From: Patiria miniata
Lineage: Eukaryota
Direction: 5' to 3'
Length of the DNA: 64,000 bases
Assembly: GCF_015706575.1 (NCBI RefSeq)
Contig: NW_024037060.1
Location: 2,728,515-2,792,514 of the forward strand
A program made the translations under genes and the position numbers. Shown piece by piece: positions 1 to 11,279 of this stretch. How positions within the stretch are numbered: position 1 is the stretch's first letter; the number at the start of each line of letters is the position of its first letter. The notes beneath the pieces are model-generated. The model was given only the letters and a program-made list of their open reading frames with translations. It made no database searches and was not told the origin of the DNA.

Positions 1-138
1 TACGGCGTTGGATGCTCTGTGAGTCTGTGGTACGATCTGAGGCAATTTCTGACCACTTTAACCAATGTTTTTTGAGGAAAAGATGGTGGTGTATACTCAT
101 TGCCTGCCTTTATTGCGACGTCACATAAAAAAAGGGTT

Positions 139-200
139 TCGGTTTTTTTTTTGGGGGGGGGGGATGACCCCCTTTGCCCCCCCCCCCGGATCCGCCCTTG
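139..200. repeat. Homopolymer tracts T10, G11 and C12 with a shared ggatccgccc flank. Similar G/C tracts are at 5404..5440, 6046..6110, 20590..20615 and 52460..52500.
   Basis: Read directly. Possible G-quadruplex-forming or slippage-prone low-complexity sequence. Confidence 0.9.
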
Positions 201-2035
201 AGTGGGTGGGCAGGGAAAACCAAGATCCCAGACAAATATGTCGGTAATGGGTTACATGAATTCTAAGTCCGACTCCTGAATTCTCGGTAAACACCCAAAT
301 TTTTTGTTATTCACAATATTTTTAACATTGTGTGCATACAAAAAAAAATATTCTGTTACTTATTTACATCGTGTTCAGAGTCGACGCGCTCGGATCGCTT
401 TGTGTCCCCTTTTTCGCTGAAACGGCTGAACTGTACTTTACCAAATCAATAATTAACCCGTAACCCCGATTTGAATGACCTGTCACATTAGTCCGCATTT
501 AGACTCTGCGAATTAATGAACAACTAGTACTACACGTATTTTGTTCGACGTGTGTGAGTCACAGGTCAATATTGATACATTACGGTGGCATATCATCTAT
601 TTGCCGAGTCTTTTAACAATACACAATAAAGTTCAAATGTTTCTGGGATGCCTCTTTGTCACGTACATGTACCAGTCTGTGTTGCGGACGGCGTTTATTA
701 TATGCACACGCTACTTCAAACACAGTACTTTAAAAGCCTTATACGAATTATAAATTCCTTAATATTTCCTTTTTTTCAGTTCCGTGTTCAAGTGGTTAAT
801 TTGAGATACGACTGCTCTTTTTTGTTTGTTAATTAGCTAACGCTTTATAAAAAGATTGATACAAAGCACTGCGAAATCAACAAAGGAAAAAAACACATCA
901 ATGCCAAACTTAAGGTGTTCGTCAGTTTGGATGAAATCGGTAAAACAATTCAATTTACTCTTATCACTCACAGCTGTTTGTGTGACTTTGTACTGCATGT
1001 AACTTGTTTCTACTAACGTTTCCTGTCAGTTTTTGGTAGCTTTTCAATTATCGCTTTTCAACTATATCAGCAATGATCGCTATTAGAAAGTCATTAGGCC
1101 TTGATACCACTGCAATCATTTCGTCGCAGATAATGCGAATCATTCCAAACAGTCAACCATTTTTTTACAACGCATTCTTTGTGAGTTAGTCATTGACTGA
1201 CTCACTGACTGAAACTTGTCAAACGGGCAGTTCTATCGTATAGGATTACCCCATATTCCACCAATGATTGGGCTAAATCTGTATACCAGATTCTGGAAAG
1301 ACTTCCAAGAATATAGCCATTCTGACTCAGTTAGCGTTCTGCAACTAGCCCAACTAGGCTTTCCTATACATGTTGTTTTGTTTTCTTACCCGAACACCCA
1401 TGAAACATATCCATGTACCAAAACGTTAACACTTATTAAGTTCCTTCCCTTGTTGTCTCCTTTGTTTTTATCACTACAGTAGATTTCTGTAGGCCTACTC
1501 AAGAAAATGCTATTTATAGGCAAAAGTTTCGGTTAAACGTTGTGTGTGTGCAATGTACATGACTTTTCTGTGTGTAGTTTTTGTGTTTGTTCAATTTTTG
1601 TGTGGAGCATTTTGTTAATCATTTACGACACAATAATGTACGACACAATATTTCACTCAAAACTAACAGCAAGCTAAATAAGCTAATTTTTTCAACAATT
1701 TGTACAAAGGTTGCCAAAATGTATGTAATCTAACATTTTCTTCACACAACTGCAAGTAAATAATAAATGCTATTTCAGATTCAAACGTGTGAAATTAATG
1801 AAAATAGTTTGGAAAAATCGTGCCACATTAAAAAAAAACCCCATATTTATAGACATGTGCATGTATCTTTACAGAAACGATTCTTTTATGGAATAAATTC
1901 CAGCGATATAATACACAAAATCTTTAGCTCTTCAACGCTTTGAATCATCAGGAATTTGATATGCGGTGAATACTTCACATCCTTAGTGTTTCAATATCTG
2001 TAGCAATCCCCGTTTTCTTGGGAATCTCTGTCTAC

Positions 2036-5000
2036 AGGTCACTCATCGACAGGTTTGCATTTCTTTGGGATGAGACACGTGATGGCCACGACGAAGACAG
2101 CGAAGATGATGTAGCCAATGAAGATACCAGCCAGCTCACCCGAAGACCAGTACGAGAGGATCGGAGGCTCTATAAGAACGAAACAATGCCAAATGAGACG
2201 GGTCCGTGATTCTCCCAGATTCAGAGGTCCCCGGCCCATCTCATCAAATTTGGAAGAAAACTTTTCTTATTATACTGGACTGAAATGATGAAACTGCGTT
2301 CTCACTGCGCAAAATGCGACATTTGCTTTTGGCACACTTGTTTGTTTGAAGTTACAAATTAATTGCCCAAAGTACAGGGTGAGCAAAAAATAAAGGAAAG
2401 CCAGGCAGGACCATTTTTTTAATCAAGTTCTGCATGTAGCACTTTCAAAATCTAGGATATAAAAGCCCAATTCATAAGCTTTCGTTTAGTACAAAAATCA
2501 TTCAAATCACTTATGTACTTTTCAAATCACGGAATTTTAAAGCACCGTTTTAAAGTTCTGTCCACACACCACCAAAAGGTTAGCGTTCTTTCAGCAAAAC
2601 GAAAACAATTCACATGAATAGTATCGTTTTGCTGAAAGAACCTTGCCTTTTTTTGTGGGGTGTTTAGTACCCAGTACGATCTTTAATCCGAGATAAACTT
2701 TTTGATAATAACTCGGTTAGTTATCTTTGGAATAAATTCAAATAATAATATATTCCTTTAAATTAACATTCTAATAACACTCAACATGAAAACATTAGGC
2801 CAAAAAAGTCTCCGGTTTCTGGTATGCGCGCGCGTCGCCGTAGTCATGCGCGTCAGCAAAATGAAAAAGTTTTTTTTCAATGAAAGATGATGTCTCAAAA
2901 CCGCCAAACTCACTGGTTTAACTGGAATCCTGCTTCTGCACAATTTCAACGTGTTTTTAGAAGGGGTTATGATCGAGAATAAGCTTTATGTGGCCTCTCT
3001 GGACTCCCATATATTTGCACTAAGTTTAGTCGGCCACCATTTGCAGTCATCAGCCGACATTTGAAGCAAAAAAATAAATAAATAAACCAGGTTAAAAAAA
3101 AAAAAAGCCGCGTCGCCGCACCACTTTTTGGGCAAGCTCCATACAAACAAGAAACCGGAGTCTTTTTTTTTGGCCTTACTTGGTAAACAAATTTCATATC
3201 GAAGTCTTTTGCTGTGTCGCTTACCGCAAAGTTCAGAGCTTTCGTCCGTTCCGTGAATGCAGTCTGCGTTCGAATCACAAAGAGCCCGTTCGTCAATGCA
3301 GTAGAAAGGGCCGTAGATACTTTGGCAACGGACTCCCGATTCACAGTCTAAAAAAAACACACAGTTGATAAAACTTTAGAAACATTCTCCTGAAGAAGTT
3401 TCCTTTTGGCCTTTGCAACCCTCTGAAAAAAAGGCTTCCATTGTGCGCACTAATTAATCCGCGCCGTGCAAGGGCCGGATTATACATGTATATAGTCGGG
3501 CCGCAAATAATCCAAATGTTGTACAGAATAATTCAATAACTAAACATCGGTGGACTTTTTTTTTCGTTCCATGTCACATTTGAGAGTGATTAACTTTTCT
3601 ATTGCTAGGAGTATATAAGTAACTGAAAAGAAATCGTGGTGAAACTCGTAAGAGCACGAAGAATACATCTTTAAGTTATCATGGTGCATCTGAATTATTT
3701 TCTCCCTATAGGATAGGACCCGGATTTATTTATTTAAATGAGAGTGCGAGAACCGCCATGCTCAAAAATGCTAAGTGGGCCAACAATGTATGAAGTCGAC
3801 TTAGTACTGGTAAATCAAGTGTAAGAAAGAATTTTCCCTTTTGATCTGCAATGCTAGAAAAGCTAAAAGCAAGGCGTGGGTTTGAATATCCTCCAATATC
3901 GGGCATTTTTGTCATTTCTACTATAATGGATGTACGCAGTTTCAATCCAAACGAACAATAACACAGCCAACTCATTCTTTTACAGTTTAGCTGAAGTAAT
4001 TTCTGATTCATTTTCTCCCTAAATCTCCAGAACTTCTGACTTAACTTGTGAATTGACTTGTGAATTGAATGACTTGTGAGTTGACTTGTGACTGACTCTG
4101 GTTGAAAGTCTGGTACAAGTCTGGTTGAAAATAACAAGAATTGTGGACTATGCATCTATGCATAGAGCTGTATTATGCAGCTCTATGATATTAATATGCC
4201 AACTCCGACAAAGTCAATGACTCACTACAAAAAGATGCGAATTCATCCTCGCCGGCATAGCAGTCGACCACAGAGTCGCAAACCTTATGAGATGGCAGAC
4301 AGTTGTTACCAGGTGAATAGAAGCAGTGAAACGCACAGGGTTCTTCGGTGCCTTCAAAAGAAAAAAACACAGCATAAATTTAGGCCTTTTCCCCATTTCG
4401 TTTATAGCTCACTCCAGAAATATTCACGAAAAATGATGCTCTATATACTGTACATACTGTCACTCGACTAAATTGAACTGACAGTAACAGAAATTGTGGA
4501 CTATTTACGCCGATCGTGCCAACTCCGACAAAGTCAAAAACTTACCACATCGAGAATAGTCTTCATCCTTGCCATCAGTGCAGTCGACTACAAAGTCGCA
4601 AATCTTAGAAGATGGTAGACAGCTGTACTGGTTGCCATTGTTTAGTTGATAACAGTAAAAATTCGACGAACAACTATCTGTGGTAAGTAAAAAAAACACA
4701 CACACACCCACACACATATAAGTGTGAATTTGCCTGCAATCGGGGACCCCAATATTGTCCCTCCTTTGTTTGTACTTTTTAACTTTTTAGGAAGACCTCA
4801 AATATGTTTTGTACACCATCGCTCAATTGGGGACCTTCGGGAATTGGGACCTATTATTGTTCAACGTCCCCTACTGAATGCAGAAACAAACTCACATAAT
4901 ATGTGATTATTTTTTAGTTACTCATGAGGGCTTGCCACTTTCCTTCTTTTGTTCCCTTTGGTTTGTACCTCAAGCTCCCATAAGGTTTGTATACGAAACT

Positions 5001-8000
5001 CTTTCGAGGACTGAAATTGGGGACAATATTAGACTTAGTGTAAAATTCAAACAATCGAATAGTTCGAGGTTTCACTCGAGTCTGCACTGGATCGGTCTTG
5101 GTCCTCCCCTTCCCCCTCCCAAATTGGTTTTGATCTAAACTTAGAGTGATTTTCCACTTTGTTAATGAGAGTAAGTGAAGCCAAATTCGACAGAGGCCTG
5201 GTTCAAACTTACCGTCGCAAAGTGCGTCTTCCTCGTCGTCTCCGTCTCGGCAATCAGGATATCCATCACAAATTTCAGGAGTTCGAACGCAAAGGGGGAA
5301 GCCGGAAGCATCCCGGCAATGAATTCCATCCGATGGACAATCTATAAAATCGAAGTCGAGAATTACAGCGCTGCTACTATACATCAGCAGTGACAGCAAC
5401 ATCACTCCCCCCCCCCAAAAAAAACCCCCCACACACAGATAAATAAACACACGATTCCAAAGTTCATATTATAATATAGGTTTCCCGGCTATTTTAAAAC
5501 ATTTTCCACTCAAATTCACCAACTCTAACAATCAATTTTGTCCGAGAAAAAATTCTCATGCTTTTAACACAACCAATTTAGTCATTATCATTCAATTTCA
5601 AAATTTGATCACCCATTTTAGTCACCGGGTCGATAATATTCGTCATTACAGATCAAATCCGTCTAAGCTGTTGCCGAATGGCAGCATTCAGAGATCAAAT
5701 TCGTCTTATATAAATCAATTAGACGAATTTGATTTCTGAATAACACGATTCGGCGTAGACGAGACGAAATCGAATACACCGGGTCGAAAACGTGTGCTCA
5801 TTGTTTTAATTTGTTTGAACTAAATTTGAAATTGTCAGACAAAAGACGAAATTAAACATTGAAAGTGCACTAAATCGATGTTGCCGGACGAAATGAATAT
5901 AAGAATCGGTGAATTCGAACGAAAAATGTTTTCAAATAGCCGGTAAAACCTATACTCATTAGAATGAAAAGCCGATAGCATTTTTGGCAATGACGACAGA
6001 ATGATACTGAAATATAGATGTGGACATACATCAGTTCCGCACTTAAAGGTGAGGGGGGGGGGGGGCACGTGCTCCAGCGGATGTCCGTTCCCCCTGTGCC
6101 CCCTCCCTCATTTAAAATTGAACTAAAAGACATTGATGTCTTTGGCTTCAGTAACACCCCTTGAAAAATGTGTGTACATACCTCAAGGTACCCCTCCCCT
6201 ACTTCCAAATTTTCCGATTTTAACCCCGGTTAGCCACTGACTAAGATATGCGAGATATTTGTATGGAGGGCGCAAAAGACAGAGTTATACACATACATCT
6301 CTCTGGCAAGGTATTCAATAGGGGCCGGACAACTACAAAGAGAAATCAATCAAAAAGAGGGAGGGCCGTTAGGGACCCTTTTAAACTCTTCGCAAAACAC
6401 AACATCAACGAGAGGCAATATCAGCAAAACACACCATCAACAAGAGACAATACGCATCAGCAAAACACAACATCAACAAGAGACAATACGCATCATTGAA
6501 TTTAACCGTATCGGCCAACGGGGCAACAACAATTTGTTTGATTTCTTCTGCCGACCGACCTATACCTCAGGCAACCAAATATGAGAACCATATAAATAAA
6601 TAGGGACGCCCTTATGAAATACAAATACAAATTAATTTAACGATAAAAATGACAGTTCATGGTATCTTTGGAACTAGAAGCACTTACCACAACGGCTATC
6701 TGTTTCGTCTTGGTTATGCCAGCAGTCGGTAACTCCATTGCACAGCTCTTCCACTGGAATGCACAGCCTCGTGTTCTCGTGAGTAGGGCAGACAATTCCT
6801 GAGTCACAATTAGCTGCATGGCGAAAACACAAAAAAGCCCTAAACGGTACAAGAACTGGCAGGTCGACCTGTGCGAACCAACGAGCTCTTGCGAGATATG
6901 TGTATGGAGAGCTGTTTGTTGGGGGATCTGTTACATGGTACCCTCTGGAGACATGGGTACAATATGGAACAAAAGATTGTATACGGACGTCTCCACAGGG
7001 CAATTTCTATAGATGAATACGTCTCCACAAGGTACACGAAATAGATATATGGATTTTACCCCCAAACTAGGAATTTTTCAAGGTGGGTTGATCCGTCGCA
7101 AATTGAAGTATTTTATGTAAGGGATATATGTAAATCCAAATATCCATAAAGGCAAATATCCATACCTTCATCCGAATGCCTAACATCGAAAACTTGGTCC
7201 CGTGGTCAATTTGACCTCTCTTGGAAAATTACACATAACTCTGTCAAAAATTATCAGATTTGGACATTTAATGTCTCATTTTAAAGTGTAGGGCCTAAAG
7301 GCGTATCTTTCACACCATACCTATATTGTCTATTTTGGTTACACATTCTACGTCCGGCATTCCATTATATTTTGTTTGCATTTAGTAGGAAGAAAATGAA
7401 CTGTGAAAACTTACTACAGTTCTTCTCATCACTACCGTCCGGACAATCAGGAAAACCATCGCAGATGTCACTCAACAAATAGCAAACCGGGTTATCTGTG
7501 CACTTGATTAGACCAGAGTAATAAGGACACTCCCAATCTGGAAACAAAGAGAGTTAAACATGAATACCAGCGGTGTCGAAGGTGGTGATAGTGGAGATGA
7601 GTGGTGGTGAAACCTTGCAAGTTGTGAATGTGATTGTTTGAGTTGCAGGGTGACCGTACGGTCAGAGCCAAATTCTGCTAAACGCACATCAAAAATCTGT
7701 CAGATTTATCAAAAATCTGCCAAATTACCCTGAATTACTTAAAATACACTATAAACACTTAAAATCACATGCAGATTAGTATTATTGCCTTAATTAAGAT
7801 TCAAATTACATAATAAACAATCTAGTCACATAAAGATATTGTGAAATTATTGGTAAATTTCGGGCCACGTTGATCCGGCCACGACGAAGTCCGTTTCCCA
7901 GTGAACCTCAGCACCTAGACCAGCCAACCTGTCCCATTATGCAAGGGTTTGTTTGAAAGGATTGAAGCTTTTTAAAACAAATGTACACTTTTTCGTTAAA

Positions 8001-11000
8001 ATTTGCTGTTTTTCTGTCAAATAACCATTTATGCAGAATTCTGCCAGAAATCTGCCAAAAAACCCATTCTGTCAAATTTTCTGTCGAACTAGTTTTTTAA
8101 CAAAAATTCTGTCAAAGTTAGCCGAAAATCGGCTAAAACGGTCACCCTGTTGAGTTGTGTCAATGCGGAGAAAACGACAGACCCTACCTTCAGAAGTCGA
8201 CGTGATCACCATGATTACCCCATCGTCTGTGCCTTGAGAATCCGTTTTAAACTTGACCGTCAGGAAACGGCCATAAGTCTCAACTGTAAAATAAGAACTG
8301 CCATACTTTCCACATAACTCTAGTAATAAGTCATCGCCATTTGTCCCGCTTCCCTCATAGTACGTCAGGCAATCATAATCCTCCAGTGAAAAACGATGAA
8401 ATCTAACCAGCAACCTGTGGTTAATCTGGGTGTACAGCATCATAGTGCAGGTTTTGGAATTACTGTACTGACTGCCCCTGTTGGTATGAAGCCAAATGGT
8501 TTTATTGGGATGCACCAGTGTGTCGTTCGAACAGAAGTCCTCCATGAAGTAGTTCGCTGTGATTAAAGAGAACGGAACATTTACTCCAGACAATCGTTAC
8601 TGAAACAAGACTAGACAACCCCAGTAAAACTAGTCCCAGAGCGCACAGAATTCTATTCAATTGATTCAGAAAGATTTAAAAAAAATATTGTAGAATAATG
8701 GAAAGCGGCACGCGATAGAAATGGAAAATCAATATTTGCATTTCGCATGAGTTTGACTTATTCCCTACTCTTATATCTTGAAAGTGCATGAAACAAGCGT
8801 CAGTAAGTAAGATAGGTAACCAGTCTAATTCCCAATTGACATGTCAGTCAGTTTGAGACTGAAGTAAGTCTAAGTCACAAGTTGAAAAAAAGAATAAGAA
8901 AAAGAAAACGATGATGATAGATGAATGACACCAATTTTGTATGTAATACATCCCCTACCTTCTACTGCAAACGTTGTGAGCGAGTAGGTGAGCCGATCAT
9001 TATATCTGATTCCGTCTGAGGCGTCTACGCCGAAAAGAATGGCAGGTCCTGTGGTAAGGAACACGGTGTCGTCGTAGAAGCGAAGTCCGCACTTGCGCAA
9101 CATGGAGCTTGCCGAGGTGGTGTTGCCGTCAAACAGTGTGACACAGACTTCCTCGTCAATCCACAACGGAGTCGTTGATTTCGCAAGGAACAGCGTTGGT
9201 GTAGGCGAATTGTAGGTGAAGGCCAGAGAGCAGTTTTCGTCGGACTTTTCATACCAGGCTCCATATTGCAAACGGACTTTAACGCTGCTTCCGAGCGGGA
9301 CACTGGAGATGTCAATAGATGTACCGTCGTTATGGGCACAGGCACCGTTTTTGTACAAGAAGTACTCATCTGAAAGCAAGAGAGGGCAGACAGAATTTCC
9401 AATTTTAATGCTCACCTAAAGTTCATGATGTTCATCTAACATAATAATGCCAGGGTCAAGGATAGCTGATAGTAAATATCAAGCGATGGTAATTTCCCCA
9501 TGGGTAAAATGTAAATCATTAACAGCGTACGTGTAGGCCAACGCGTAGTACTGACAGATGGTTAATAAGTCCTATAGCAGATTTTAACTAACAAGTGGGC
9601 ATTGGTGTGAATTATAATTGCCTTGTGAATTGTCGGTATCGAGCAGCGATACACGTTATGAATCCCTATCAGAGGCAATTTCCACGTACAATGTACGCAG
9701 CCTATAATCGTTCTAAAATGTCAACATCCGTAACAGTGAAACACCGAGGCCCCACCCCAAAAAAAGATATATCGTTTGGTCATAATTAACTTGAATTTCA
9801 GAATAATCATGTCGTTGAATGTTTTCTAAGTCTGAAATGTACAGTACAGATAATATTCCATTTAAAGCAATTGATGATTTTCCGCCATAATTTATGACCA
9901 CTCTTTATATCATGATTGGTCTATGCTCTTTTTCCACAAAAGTCTCATTTCGTCGGTCAAACTTCAATTCTACAGCAAACTGATTCAAGTCGTCAAAGAC
10001 TTTTCTATCTATTGTGTTTCTATGATTACTGTAAAGGCTGTAGTGCTGGTTAAAGCAATGTGCATACTTATTTGCAAACATTCACAAATGCAACGAGCAA
10101 ATTATTACGAAAAAAGCCTATGATTGAAAGTAATAGTATCAAGCGTCCTGGGAAATCTTAGCGTCTGGTATAATGCAGTCCGCAGCATTTTGCATATTGT
10201 TTCGGGGGGAAAAACACAAACTTAGAGAAAAGTTAGAATTTTGGCCGAATGCAGATATTAAGGTTAAATCCAAATAGACCTATACTCTACAGGTTTTCCC
10301 GACTATACCAAACGCTTTTTTGGTAGTCCAATTCTAATATTCATATTCGTCCGAGAATTTCACATGCTTATATTAAAAGCAATTTAGTAATCAATTTCAA
10401 AGGAGTTTGGTCAACGTATCTAAGCACTTGGCCAAGAATATCCGTCAATACACATTGAATCCGTCTTAGCTATCGCCGAACGGCAGCATTCGGAGATCGA
10501 ATTCGTCTGATGTCATACAATGTAGAAGTTGTGTCAGGTAAATTGACGCGCACAATTTAGCACATTCGTTCGCATGATGTTATCAGACCAAGTAGGTGTT
10601 CTTTACTCAGAGAGCAGTTACCAAAAGACAAGTGTAAATATAACCAAGAACAACAAACCATCAATAACCTTTTAATTTTGAAACGAATAAAACAAGTGTT
10701 CAAATGAAAAAAAGACAAATGTCAAAACTACGACGACCCTTTTAATATATTTTCCCGTGTAACGTTTGTGCCCAAAGCTGGGTCTAACGTACTTTTCAGA
10801 AGATCAAATCAAGCGAAGCAAATAATAGATGTATATGAAGAAACAAGGAAATAAAAAGGGCAGAAAACTCTTCCCATCAGCGGCATGCCTCCGCTGAAGT
10901 TGCAGCAAAGTAAGACGAAATTGAACAAAATTATGATTAAATTGTGTGACATAATAAGATGAATTGTTTGCTTTCTGAATAACACTGCTCGGCGTATAGA

Positions 11001-11279
11001 CGAGACAAAATCGAATGCTGCTTGACGTACATGTGTGCTCATGGTTTCAATTTCCTTGAACTGAATATAAAATTGTCTCACAAAAGACGAAATTATACAT
11101 TGGAAGTGCACTATATCGATGTTGATTGACGAATTTCAATATTAGAATCAGTGAATTTGAATGATAAATAGCCTGGAAAACAAACGCTAAAACATACCTG
11201 TGGAAGGGCCATCGCCACCACCTTCTGCACTGGCAACCATCAAGACAACAAGATAGAATACGATTCTAATGTTCGCCAT
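2036..11279 (-). CDS. Gene A: multi-exon gene for a type-I transmembrane protein with a signal peptide, 2 CUB domains, 6 LDLa repeats, a TM helix and a short cytoplasmic tail. Exons on the minus strand: 11198..11279 (ATG, signal peptide MANIRIVFYLVVLMVASAEGG, donor GTATGT); 8959..9369 (CUB1); 8188..8556 (CUB2); 7415..7538 (LDLa); 6688..6813 (LDLa); 5212..5341 (LDLa); 4546..4677 (LDLa); 4226..4351 (LDLa); 3225..3347 (LDLa); 2036..2169 (TM + tail + stop).
   Basis: Six-frame ORFs give CUB-like sequences (…CGKYGSSYFTVETYGRFLTVKFKTD… and …CSLAFTYNSP…TGPAILFGVDASDGIRYNDRLTYSLTTFAVEG). Repeated LDLa signatures C..C…C…CDG..DC.DGSDE..C occur in exon-sized ORFs: [104 protein letters not shown]. The hydrophobic stretch LAGIFIGYIIFAVFVVAITCLI is followed by PKKCKPVDE and a stop. 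Each exon is flanked by a polypyrimidine tract plus AG acceptor and a GTAAGT/GTGAGT/GTAGGG donor, which I checked individually. The signal-peptide exon is hydrophobic and starts with ATG. Exon phases were not all verified. Confidence 0.8.
4040..4130. repeat. Minisatellite of about 4 imperfect copies of gacttgtgaattga, plus a gtctggttgaaa duplication.
   Basis: Read directly; located in a gene A intron. Confidence 0.8.
5455..5962. mobile_element. MITE-like non-autonomous element, family 1, copy 1, about 510 bp, with roughly 20-bp terminal inverted repeats (tataggtttcccggctatt … aatagccggtaaaacctata).
   Basis: TIRs seen directly. An internal palindrome (aattcgtct…agacgaattt) is present. A second copy occurs at 10262..11180. 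The element is AT-rich and has no ORF. Confidence 0.7.
7648..8152. mobile_element. MITE-like element family 2, about 505 bp, with TIR cagggtgaccgt… …acggtcaccctg. It is internally rich in the short repeats aaatctgccaaa and ttctgtcaaa. Located in the gene A intron immediately 5' of the CUB2 exon.
   Basis: TIRs read directly: 7648 cagggtgaccgtacggtcag and 8137 taaaacggtcaccctg. Internal direct repeats. Confidence 0.55.
10262..11180. mobile_element. MITE-like element family 1, copy 2. It has the same ends and internal segments as 5455..5962 but carries an internal insertion of about 450 bp (about 10510..10960). It lies in intron 1 of gene A, within 20 bp of the signal-peptide exon donor.
   Basis: Shared blocks: ccgtcttagctatcgccgaacggcagcattcggagatcgaattcgtct vs ccgtctaagctgttgccgaatggcagcattcagagatcaaattcgtct; ctgaataacac..cggcgtagacgagac.aaatcgaat; ttgaaattgtc.cacaaaagacgaaatta.acattg.aagtgcacta.atcgatgttg; terminal aaatagcc.ggaaaac. 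Confidence 0.65.

Noticed and set aside
2967-3344. 125-aa minus-strand ORF overlapping the LDLa exon in a different frame
   Set aside because: The LDLa signature (CIHGTDESSELCG) is in the other frame (ORF 2986..3360), and the splice sites support that frame.
3730-4155. 141-aa minus-strand ORF (MHSPQFLLFSTRLVPDFQPESVTSQLTSHSIHKSIHK…)
   Set aside because: It spans the gacttgtgaattga minisatellite, has low-complexity composition, no homology I recognise and no splice context. It is probably intronic.
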